In this document: positions 1 to 10,639 of the stretch, in pieces
Layout: each line of letters begins with the position of its first letter
Numbering within the stretch: the first letter of the stretch is position 1
Origin: Macrostomum hystrix
Taxonomy: Eukaryota > Animalia > Platyhelminthes
Length of the DNA stretch: 64,000 nt
Assembly (NCBI GenBank): GCA_950097015.1
Contig: CATNEN010000007.1
Location: forward strand, 8,370,001-8,434,000
Reading direction: 5' to 3'
The notes under the pieces: generated by a model
What the model was told of the DNA's origin: nothing
Databases searched by the model: none
What the model saw: the letters and a program-made list of their open reading frames with translations, nothing else
Position numbers and translations under genes: made by a program

Positions 1-5
1 GCTAC

Positions 6-100
6 TCCGCCCCGGCTTCTCCGCCCCGGCTTCTCCGCCCCGGCTTCTCCGCCCCGGCTTCTCCGCCCCGGCTTCTCCGCCCCGGCTTCTCCGCCCCAGC
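6..100. repeat. 14-bp tandem repeat (TCCGCCCCGGCTTC), ~7 copies
   Basis: Unit recurs at 6, 20, 34, 48 and onward. Confidence 0.95.
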
Positions 101-784
101 TTCAGTGCATGACTCGTGCCTAAAAGTGCTTAGCGAGTGGCTGGCCCGGCCGCACCTTTTTATTCCTCACCCCTCTGTTTGTGTGCCTGCTGGATAAAGA
201 CAGTTTCAGTGACAGGCGGGGCTGAGAGACAAAGGAAGGCGGGATTACAGCGTCCGCACAGGGGGGGCGGAGCCCGCAGCTGCCCTGTGTGCGCTGAATT
301 ATTCGACTGTGGCAGGGGGGAGGAGGGAAGAGAAAGCAGCAAACCTGACAAAGAATTGTAGGATTGTTTCCTCCCGTCCTCCAAGCGGCTCCGATCAGCC
401 CGGCTGATCCCATCCGCAATGTTCTGCATCTAGTCCAGCCGGACAAAGCGGACTCAAGCTCAGGCGCCGCTTGCTCACGTGTGCTCACCTGGGTCTATTT
501 GTGGCCGCGTTTAGCCGCAATGAATGATCGATTTGGGCCTCGGTGTTGTCGGTGGCTTGGCCGAGAACAATGAGAATGGAACTCCATTCGCATTATTACC
601 CTGACCGCAAGTTGGGGCAGGAATGTGGGACTAACTGGGCTAACGAGAGGGCTACCCATCACTCTTAATCAGGTCGCTGTCACGTGTTTACTACTCAGTC
701 AATTCGACCAATGTTGCTGGATGTGCGTAGATTACACTCCTACTCACTGCGACAGCTGGTCCCCTGGCCCAAATTATAACCGCT

Positions 785-1374
785 GGACAAGTAGATTTAT
801 GGACAAGTATGAATCGATGGACAAGTAGATTGATGGACAAGTATGAATCGATGGACAAGTATGAACCGATGGACAAGTAGATCGATGGACAAGTAGATCG
901 ATGGACAAGAAGATCGATGGACAAGTAGATCGATGGACAAGTAGATCGATGGACAAGTATGAATCGATGGACAAGTATGAATCGATGGACAAGTATGAAT
1001 CGATGGACAAGTATGAACCGATGGACAAGTAGATCGATGGACAAGTAGATCGATGGACAAGAAGATCGATGGACAAGTAGATCGATGGACAAGTAGATCG
1101 ATGGACAAGTAGATCGATGGACAAGAAGATCGATGGACAAGAAGATCGATGGACAAGTAGATCGATGGACAAGAAGATCGATGGACAAGTAGATCGATGG
1201 ACAAGTAGATCGATGGACAAGTAGATCGATGGACAAGAAGATCGATGGACAAGAAGATCGATGGACAAGTAGATCGATGGACAAGAAGATCGATGGACAA
1301 GTAGATCGATGTACAAGAATGAATCGATGGACAAGTAGATCGATGTACAAGAATGAATCGATGGACAAGTAGAT
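785..1374. repeat. Minisatellite, 16-bp unit ATGGACAAGTAGATCG with 18-bp variant ATGGACAAGTATGAATCG
   Basis: Direct tandem copies visible; the overlapping ORFs are periodic translations. Confidence 0.95.
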
Positions 1375-1693
1375 TAAAAACTAATAAAAATGGTTCTTTC
1401 CGCTAGAATAGTTCAACAAATATGACTAATTGGGAGACAGTGAAATTGACAGGCAGTTAATTCTCTGATTGCTGATAGACAAGCAGCAGGGAGGTGCAGC
1501 TGCACTACCACGGCGGCATCCCATCAGTCCCCGTGTCCTCAAATCAGATGGCAATTAATTAAGAAGCAGAAATTTTAGACTAGGTTGCTGTGTAAGTTTT
1601 GGGGCGCCTTGACTTGCAGCAACAGCTGTTGCTAGGACAAAATATTTCAGTGGGAGCTCCAATGGAGCTTCAACAGTAGAATTTTCCTGACAT

Positions 1694-3608
1694 CACCCTG
1701 CAGAGAGACTGTTTCATCTGCCCTTCACCCTGCAGAGAGACTGTTTCATCTGCCCCTCACCCTGCAGAGAGACTGTTTCATCTGCCCCTCACCCTGCAGA
1801 GAGACTGTTTCATCTGCCCTTCACCCTGCAGAGAGACTGTTTCATCTGCCCCTCACCCTGCAGAGAGACTGTTTCATCTGCCCCTCACCCTGCAGAGAGA
1901 CTGTTTCATCTGCCCCTCACCCTGCAGAGAGACTGTTTCATCTGCCTCTCACCCTACAGAGAGACTGTTTCATCTGCCCCTCACCCTACAGAGAGACTGT
2001 TTCATCTGCCCCTCACCCTACAGAGAGACTGTTTCATCTGCCTCTCACCCTACAGAGAGACTGTTTCATCTGCCTCTCACCCTACAGAGAGACTGTTTCA
2101 TCTGCCCCTCACCCTACAGAGAGACTGTTTCATCTGCCCCTCACCCTACAGAGAGACTGTTTCATCTGCCCCTCACCCTGCAGAGAGACTGTTTCATCTC
2201 CCCCTCACCCTACAGAGAGACTGTTTCATCTGCCCCTCACCCTGCAGAGAGACTGTTTCATCTGCCCCTCACCCGACAGAGAGACTGTTTCATCTGCCCC
2301 TCACCCTACAGAGAGACTGTTTCATCTGCCCCTCACCCTGCAGAGAGACTGTTTCATCTGCCCCTCACCCTGCAGAGAGACTGTTTCATCTGCCCCTCAC
2401 CATACAGAGAGACTGTTTCATCTGCCCCTCACTCTACAGAGAGACTGTTTCATCTGCCCCTCACTCTACAGAGAGACTGTTTCATCTGCCCCTCACCCTA
2501 CAGAGAGACTGTTTCATCTGCCCCTCACCCTGCAGAGAGACTGTTTCATCTGCCCCTCACCCTACAGAGAGACTGTTTCATCTGCCCCTCACCCTACAGA
2601 GAGACTGTTTCATCTGCCCCTCACCCTGCAGAGAGACTGTTTCATCTGCCCCTCACCCTACAGAGAGACTGTTTCATCTGCCCCTCACCCTGCAGAGAGA
2701 CTGTTTCATCTCCCCCTCACCCTGCAGAGAGACTGTTTCATCTCCCCCTCACCCTGCAGAGAGACTGTTTCATCTCCCCCTCACCCTACAGAGAGACTGT
2801 TTCATCTGCCCCTCACCCTACAGAGAGACTGTTTCATCTGCCCCTCACCCGACAGAGAGACTGTTTCATCTGCCCCTCACCCTGCAGAGAGACTGTTTCA
2901 TCTGCCCCTCACCCTGCAGAGAGACTGTTTCATCTGCCCCTCACTCTACAGAGAGACTGTTTCATCTGCCCCTCACTCTACAGAGAGACTGTTTCATCTG
3001 CCCCTCACCCTACAGAGAGACTGTTTCATCTGCCCCTCACCCTGCAGAGAGACTGTTTCATCTGCCCCTCACCCTACAGAGAGACTGTTTCATCTGCCCC
3101 TCACCCTACAGAGAGACTGTTTCATCTGCCCCTCACCCTGCAGAGAGACTGTTTCATCTGCCCCTCACCCTACAGAGAGACTGTTTCATCTGCCCCTCAC
3201 CCTGCAGAGAGACTGTTTCATCTCCCCCTCACCCTGCAGAGAGACTGTTTCATCTCCCCCTCACCCTGCAGAGAGACTGTTTCATCTCCCCCTCACCCTA
3301 CAGAGAGACTGTTTCATCTGCCCCTCACCCTACAGAGAGACTGTTTCATCTGCCCCTCACCCGACAGAGAGACTGTTTCATCTGCCCCTCACCCTGCAGA
3401 GAGACTGTTTCATCTGCCCCTCACCCTGCAGAGAGACTGTTTCATCTGCCCCTCACCCTGCAGAGAGACTGTTTCATCTCCCCCTCACCCTGCAGAGAGA
3501 CTGTTTCATCTCCCCCTCACCCTACAGAGAGACTGTTTCATCTGCCCCTCACCATACAGAGAGACTGTTTCATCTGCCCCTCACCCTGCAGAGAGACCCT
3601 ACAGAGAG
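1694..3608. repeat. 32-bp minisatellite CACCCT(G/A)CAGAGAGACTGTTTCATCTGCCCCT, ~60 copies
   Basis: Near-perfect tandem array. Confidence 0.97.
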
Positions 3609-4624
3609 TGAGGGGGAGATGAAGGTTTAACTTCAATCCTTCAGCTTATCATACTTGCTTCGCAATGTCCTTTCGTCAGCGCATTCGAAGATCCCTAATA
3701 TAAAAATGCTATCGAGTAGCCAATCTCACCGCTTCTGAAACAATGTCCAATTCCAGAATGCCTGCTAGAGATGAGTCAGCGAGCCGGTACAAGTGTCACA
3801 TTCTCTGCCTCCGCATTGACTGTCTTCTGTTTGGGCCCAGAAGAATTACCAACAATTGCAGATGAGTTTCACTTGTTAAATACAGACCAATTGCGGACCG
3901 GCTGGCAGGTGATTGGACTGTGGCGTCACTGTGGCAGATGCGGCTTGAACTCAAGCCTTGGTTGGCTGGCGTGGCCTCGGGCCAGACAGTTCGATTTGAG
4001 AGGCCGGCAACTGCGTCGAGATTATCCAGGCCAGTGGAAGGGAAGCCAAGCGGTTGGGGCATTCTCTGTAGGTTTCTTCTGCTTCTCCTAAAAGACGAGA
4101 GGCCGCATTCGACTCGGTCGGTTGGACATCAAAGTGGGCGAAAGACCGGCGGAAAACGGACGACAACTCACGTGGCCGGCTCTGTCAGGCAGATTATTTG
4201 CAAATCCGGCAAATTTCCAACAAATGTACGGCCGGAGAAAAACGCACTTCGCACTACTCACAAATTTGGTTAGTAGTGCGTACAGGTTGATGCGAGAAAA
4301 CTAACTCTACAGCAGAGACAAGTTCGATAAAATGGGTTGACTAATACGCTATCTAGTGAGAGAGAGAGGTGAGATAAATCAATTGAAAAACACAGTTTAG
4401 CGGTCAATGCCGTTTCAAAACGCTGGGTCAGAAAGCAGAAAGTGCTCATCATTTTATTTTTTCAATGCCGTCCAACGGACGTTAAGCAACAACAAGATTT
4501 TTCTCGAATTTTTGACGGGCGAATTGCGAAAAATCAGTGCAGTCTCTCAACTCGGGGAAGGGCTCTACCCGGGTTCAGCCGTTGGATTTGTGTAAGCTCT
4601 GACGACACAGTCGGGCCTCGTGGT

Positions 4625-5590
4625 TCAGTCCTCGTGCTCAACTTCCTCCAAGAAAGCCGGCTCGTCCTCGTAGGGGGCGAAATCTTCGTTCTCGAATACG
4701 GCTTGCTCATCCAGGCGTTTGCCCAGAAATCCGCGAGCACGCTTTCCCAGAAAGCCGCGGGCGCGCTTTCCAAGAAATCCTCTGGCTCGCTTTCCAAGAA
4801 ATCCTCGTGCCCGTTTTCCTAGAAAGCCACGTGCTCGCTTTCCTAGAAAGCCACGTGCTCGCTTTCCTAGAAAGCCACGTGCTCGCTTTCCTAGAAAGCC
4901 ACGTGCTCGCTTTCCTAGAAAGCCACGTGCTCGCTTTCCTAGAAAGCCACGTGCTCGCTTTCCTAGAAAGCCACGTGCTCGCTTTCCTAGAAAGCCCCGT
5001 GCTCGCTTTCCTAGAAAGCCACGTGCTCGCTTTCCTAGAAAGCCACGTGCTCGCTTTCCTAGAAATCCTCGTGCTCGCTTTCCTAGAAATCCTCGGGCTC
5101 GCTTTCCGAGAAATCCGCGCACCCTCTTGTCCTGGTCTTGCATCAGAAGAGCGTCGTTCACATCTGGCTTGTGATGCTCGTCTTGCAAACCAAACTGTTC
5201 CAGGTGCTCACTGTCGCTTTGGACTGCTGGAAGGAAATATCGAGTTATAAAAAATGGATTTATAAAATAATGTTACTTTCTGAGACAGACAGTCATACAG
5301 ACTGGCAAGCGGACAGGCAAGCGGACAGGCAGGCGGACAGGCAGGCGGACAGGCAGGCGGACAGGCAGGCGGACAGGCAGGCGGACAGGCAGGCGGACAG
5401 GCAGGCGGACAGGCAGGCAGACAGGCAGGCGGACAGGCAGGCAGACAAGCAGGCGGACAGGCGAGCGGACAGTCAGGCAGACAGGCAAGCGGACAGGCAG
5501 GCCGACAGACTCACGGGCGCTGTGGGTGGTTCCCAGCACGAAGGCCAGCAGCAGAAGCAGCAGACTCGGCAGGCAGATGACGGTCCGCAT
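4625..5590 (-). CDS. Neuropeptide precursor (prepro-ARGFLamide), 2 exons, ~225 aa
   Basis: Model join(5590..5515, 5226..4625). Exon 1 encodes a hydrophobic signal peptide MRTVICLPSLLLLLLAFVLGTTHSA and ends at a C|GTGAGT donor (phase 1). The acceptor ttccttccag|CA keeps frame into PVQSDSEHLEQFGLQDEHHKPDVNDALLMQDQD-KR, then VRGFLG-KR, 16x ARGFLG-KR and an acidic tail. G-KR is the established amidation plus prohormone-convertase signal. AATAAA lies ~170 nt downstream on the minus strand (4453-4458). Confidence 0.93.
5295..5510. repeat. 12-bp tandem repeat (GCAGGCGGACAG) filling most of the neuropeptide gene intron
   Basis: Tandem copies lie between the donor (5514) and acceptor (5227). Confidence 0.92.
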
Positions 5591-6469
5591 GTTTCTATAT
5601 GCTCAGAGTTGTGCTAGCCGCGAGTGTTAGTTTGAGCTCACCTGAGAAGGAGGCAGGAAGGTGCTCGGCATGAAATCCCCGTCCAGAGTTGCCCCGCCCC
5701 CGCCTGTTGATTGATGATCCGGCAACCAGCCCACCTGGCCCTGGCCATCGGCCTCTGATCCCCAGACGGTCAACCCGGCAGTCAACCCCCTCCTTTTCCC
5801 GTGTTTCTCCACTTCCCATTCATTCCTCTGATCCGACGATCGCTCATAAGTTTTGAGCAGAAAATTTCCTGCTCAAGTTGGAAGCCCAAATCGTTACTAA
5901 GGTGGAAAACTCGTACAAGGCCGAATGGCTTGGCTAAATGGCTTGGCCTCCTAAAATTAGAGATTCGATTGTCTTTCAATTTCCAACCGGCTCTCCAGCA
6001 GGAGAAATTCGAGCCGACCAGCTTTTAAAGCTGAAATCCCGAGAAACCGGAGCCGAGGCGAGAAGGCGGCTGACCCTGCGACTGGTTGGCTCCTGTCCTT
6101 CCGAATGGGGGGATGTTTAAAAATAAACCAAGTGACAAAGAATAAAAAAACACTGCATGGAAGTTGCTTTAAGTTGTTCAGGGCTTTCATTGCCTTTCTT
6201 GGTCAAATTTTGTGTTAAAACGACACTTAGGGAAAATTATAAACTTTGGGGAAACTTTCCTCATTCCCATCTTCTCAAAATGGGTCAACACTGTCAACAG
6301 TTTGCTAAATTTTTACCCAACAAATTCAAAATTTAGATTTCCGAATTCCACAAACTTCCGGGTTTTCGCGAAATCTTCCATCTAAAAGTTCCGAAAATTC
6401 AAATCGTTGCTTACGGCAAGCTTTCGTGAGTATTCGGCCTATTTATTATTATGGGGCCCTGGAAGCACC

Positions 6470-6757
6470 GTAATAAAAAACTAATTGCAGGACGGCAACG
6501 GGCAGTGGCACATCATTTGGTGACACTAGACCCGCAGCCAGCGAGGAGGCAATTCTGCCCATTTCGCTGACTCCTGAGCACACACGCACACAGGTGTGTA
6601 CATCTGCCCTAATTTTCTCATCGACAGGACACTCTCACTGTTGGCCTTCAATGTTGTATATTGGCGCCCCAAATGAATGTGGCCTCGCCGCGGAATCGAG
6701 CTCAGGGACCTTGGTGCGAGAGGCAAACGCGTTAGACCGCTCTGCCACTCACCCCCC
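6470..6757 (-). mobile_element. tRNA-derived SINE, family B (same family as 59192-59555), internally shorter copy
   Basis: Minus strand reads GGGGGGTGAGTGGCAGAGCGGTCTAACGCG...GAGCTCGATTCC (A/B-box-like). The body (GCTCAGGAGTCAGCGAAATGGGCAGAATTGCCTCCTCGCTGGCTGCGGGTCTAGTGTCACCAAA) matches the 59.4-kb copy. Confidence 0.85.
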
Positions 6758-7639
6758 TTGGTAGCCCCCGAGTCTCTGACAGCGCAGGCCCAGCTCGCTA
6801 CACCCAGCTTTGGTGAGGCGCATCAGACGATCGATGGCTGCATAATCGAGTCACATTTCTGTCCAATTGTTGGGAGAATAACTGGGAGAATCTGGCAGTG
6901 ATTAACTAGCTAATACCCTGAGCCGCCTCCGGTGCTCAAAGTCTCCATTAACTCGAGCACAACTCGAGCACACAGCTTAGCGGCATCATTTAAAGCTTTT
7001 CTTCTTCCAGCTTCCTAGCCGACAAGCGGATGCGCCGCTGAGGCGGAAATCGCGTGACAACGGCCAAATTTCTTCTTCTAGAAGTTGATTGGGGCTCCGA
7101 GGAACATTTGTCACTATCCCAACTCGGCATTTGAAGGGAAGAAAACAAACTAAAGGAAAACTGTCAGGTTTATCAACAGCCGAGCAGGCTCTCATCCCTA
7201 GTTCACAGGGCCGGCCCCTGACTGATTAAAAGCCCAGGTGATTAGCTTTAAAAGTGCCCGAGTGCTGTCTCCGGCGCCCAGCGCTATCATTAGTCTTTTG
7301 TGCTCGATCGATTGCGGTCGAGCAACTGGGCCGGGCACTTGGCGACTCTGCGGATCACATTAGATTTGCCGCCTCGCTGGGTCCGCAAGCGATTCCCACC
7401 TCCGAGTCATTGATCACTCGGGCTGCGGCTGAAGTGTCCGCGCGGGGGGAATTCATTGTCGACTGTGTTGGTGCAAGTGATTTACTGACCTGTCTTGCGA
7501 CTGCCGACGGCGCCATTGTGGCGATGGCGGAGGTCTCGAGTCTCACCCCGACAGGCAAGTGTTCGGTGATGCAATTTTGCTAAACGGGAAGCCATGACAT
7601 ACTTGCCCCCGGCCACACTTGGCGAGTGGCTACTCAGAA

Positions 7640-8097
7640 TTAATGGAATGGGATGGAATCTATGGAATGAAATCTACGGTAAGGAATCCGTGGAATGGAA
7701 TCTATGGGATGGAATCTATGTGGTGGAATCTATGGAATGAAATCTACGGTAAGGAATCTGTGGAATGGAATCTATGGAATGAAATCTACGGTAAGGAATC
7801 CGTGGAATGGAATCTATGGGATGGAATCTATGTGGTGGAATCTATGGAATGAAATCTACGGTAAGGAATCTGTGGAATGGAATCTATGGAATGAAATCTA
7901 CGGTAAGGAATCCGTGGAATGGAATCTATGGGATGGAATCTATGTGGTGGAATCTATGGAATGAAATCTACGCGATGGAATCTGTGGAATGGAATCTATG
8001 GGATGGAATCAATGTGGTGGAATCTGTGGAATGGTATCTACGAGATGGAATCTGTGGAATGGAATCTATGGAATGGAATCTATGGAATGGAATCTGT
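7640..8097. repeat. GGAAT/GGAATCTAT-based satellite with a 112-bp higher-order unit
   Basis: Identical blocks start at 7695, 7807 and 7919. Confidence 0.9.
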
Positions 8098-9266
8098 TGA
8101 GTGCAGAGGTGGCGCCCTATTCTCAACCTAGAGCTGAGATTAGCTATTCAGCTACAAGTCATGGCTGGTTGTTACAGAGGAAAAGCCGTAAGTTGTCCTG
8201 CCAGCCCCCGCCCCCGATGGCGATTGAATATTCATCGGGACTGGGCCGAGCTGGTCGAGTTACTCAACTAAAAGCAAGCAAGCAGAAGTCGAGCATGCCG
8301 ACACAAACCACACTTTGCTCTGACTCTCAACGACAGAAGGGAAATGCTGCTGGAGTTCTGGCTTGGCGGGCCTGCGCAAACAGGTGCTAATTACGGGGTC
8401 CCGGCTGTTGGCTGTGCTCAGGAAATGATTGCTCACGGTGTCGAAAAGTTGACCGGGAGTCAAGTAGGGGAAGCTGGGGCCCAGTGGAGGGGCGGCAGCC
8501 ATCAAAATTTCCCCTCGGCCGTCCTGGAAGCAAGCAATTTCGGCTAAACCAGCAATTTTTTCGGCCTCACAGCCAACAACAACAGCAGATGGAGGAAATG
8601 AAAAAGAAATAATTGGGGGATGTGCTTTGCCCGGGAATAAATAGCACAAAGCGTCTTGATTGATCAGAGAGAGGGCGGGAAGCATAGTGAGGCCAAATCG
8701 ATAGGGTTTCTGCTCGCAATTTCTGTGCCCACCCGAGCTGCCCGCCTGGGCTCGGTTTCTTAGAAACACGCCGCTGATGGCGCCGCTGATGAAGATGTTC
8801 GGGCGAGTTTTTCTGACAGCCCAGCAGGCCATGCAGGTGGCATTGAGGGAGCAGTGGAGGCTGTTCATGTCGGAGCCAGGCCTGAGAACCCATCAGGCAG
8901 TGAACTCGCGAGGGCGCAAAAGAGGAGACTAGAGCAGAAGAAAGCAGAGGACTGCTATTAGAAGGAGGAGGCCAGGTAACTTATCCCACCTGCTGCTCCA
9001 AACTGATACAAAAGAATCAGCAAATTGTGCCCAGAGCACTCTTTTAAGCAACTGGAGAGCAAATTTTTTTCATCCTTCAAGCTGAACAATGTCCCACTCT
9101 CAGGCCTGAGACATTGTTACTGCCGTAACTCCACCGATAAGGGCGTGGGAGCCAAAGTCTTGGCGCCTGAGGAACACAATTGATTTAGCTGGGTAACAAA
9201 GACCGCAGGGTTTCCAACCCGGCGACCAGATCTGCTGAGAGCCCACGCACTGGAGAGATCTTAAGA

Positions 9267-9268
<2 letters not shown>

Positions 9269-9311
<43 letters not shown>
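9269..9311. repeat. (CAG)n microsatellite, ~14 units
   Basis: Directly visible. Confidence 0.95.
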
Positions 9312-9312
<1 letters not shown>

Positions 9313-10099
9313 GAAAGTGAAACTTACAGACTCAAAGCAAATGTAGGCCAGGTGAAGAGCTCGCGCAGAGGCTTGCTGTATGCGGCGGCGGCAGAAATGA
9401 TCCCTGGCAGTGTCGATTCCGCTCGATTGAAGTTAATCGGGCTGGAGGCTCGGCAGTGTGGGAGGTCCCGGCAACTTCGCTTCAATAAATAGCCGGCGCC
9501 CTTGGCTGGGCCTCCAAGGAGGGGGGCGGGTGTGACGAAGGCGAAGCGCTCAAAGGCAGGCGGTCCTGATTGGCTAATGGGGCAGGCGGCCGGTCATTCC
9601 CAAACAATTGGCCAAAATTCTTTCCTCTGGCCGGAGGCTCAGCCGCGGAGTTTGAGCAGTAATAGATGGGATAACTTTGGATCTGCAGCAATACGGAGGA
9701 AAACTCAGTCTGTTAGAGACCAGGCCTGAGGCGCTGACGAAAGTGGAAGCCTTGGGGCCGCGATGAAATTGGCAGCGGGCCCGGGTGGTGTCGATGACTC
9801 GGGCGGCCCAGTAATTGGCCGTTGCCGCCTGGCTTCCGCCAGCACCGCAGCCGGGCGGCAACTCAATTAGCGCCACTCGGAACTGGAAAGTGTCATCCAC
9901 AGCTCCGATAGAGTCCGCACCTTCTAGGAGCTGATGGCGCACTGAGGCTGGCTCCTTGTGCTCAATCGATTCTTCAATGCACTTCTTATCCAAGAAGAAA
10001 ATTTGAGATGCCTCCATCCAGCTGAAGAAGCAGTGCTGGACTTTCGGCAGCCATTGAGATGAAAAACCCGGAGTACTTACTGAGTATTTGGCGCATGGC

Positions 10100-10279
10100 G
10101 TGAATTAACCGTAAGCTCAGGTGAATGAACCGTAAGCTCAGGTGAATGAACCGTAAGCTCAGGTGAATGAACCGTAAGCTCAGGTGAATGAACCGTAAGC
10201 TCAGGTGAATGAACCGTAAGCTCAGGTGAATGAACCGTAAGCTCAGGTGAATGAACTGTAAGCTCAGGTGAATGAACTG
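10100..10279. repeat. 21-bp tandem repeat GGTGAATGAACCGTAAGCTCA, ~8 copies
   Basis: Directly visible. Confidence 0.93.
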
Positions 10280-10639
10280 TGCGAACTGTCTGAGCTATTC
10301 AACACATCTAATAAATCTGGCATAGTTGTTCACGCCATTTAACCTTGGGGATTTTACCGGACCTGCCCAATCGTGTAATATTTGGCAAACTTTAACGCCG
10401 TTTGCACGCAATGCCTTCGATCATTCAAAGGTAGCAGATGTTCTGCCAGCCAATTGAAGTCCGTTAGTGAGCGAAATCGGCTTTCAATAGCCGAGCTAGC
10501 TGATTAATTAGCTTCGAGTGCAGAAAATGGTAAACTTAAGCAGCGAATTTTTTTCGGCCCCCAGGGGCAGTAAAACATCATGATCGACGGCAGTTTAACT
10601 GTGAGCCGACGGATGGCCTGAATTCGCGTCAAGGCTTCA

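Noticed and set aside
691-1368. Three overlapping minus-strand ORFs (SIDLLVHR repeats)
   Set aside because: Translations of a 16/18-bp minisatellite, open in all frames, with no unique coding flanks.
4719-5250. Plus-strand ORFs (ARFPRKPR)n and (VLAFLESH)n
   Set aside because: Antisense shadows of the neuropeptide array. Only the minus frame has a signal peptide, processing sites and synonymous-biased variation.
5138-5617. (QADR)n / (PVRL)n ORFs
   Set aside because: A 12-bp intronic repeat lying between a consensus donor and acceptor.
9574-10017. 147-aa minus-strand ORF (MEASQIFFLDKK...)
   Set aside because: No recognisable domain or convincing splice context, so it cannot be supported without expression data.
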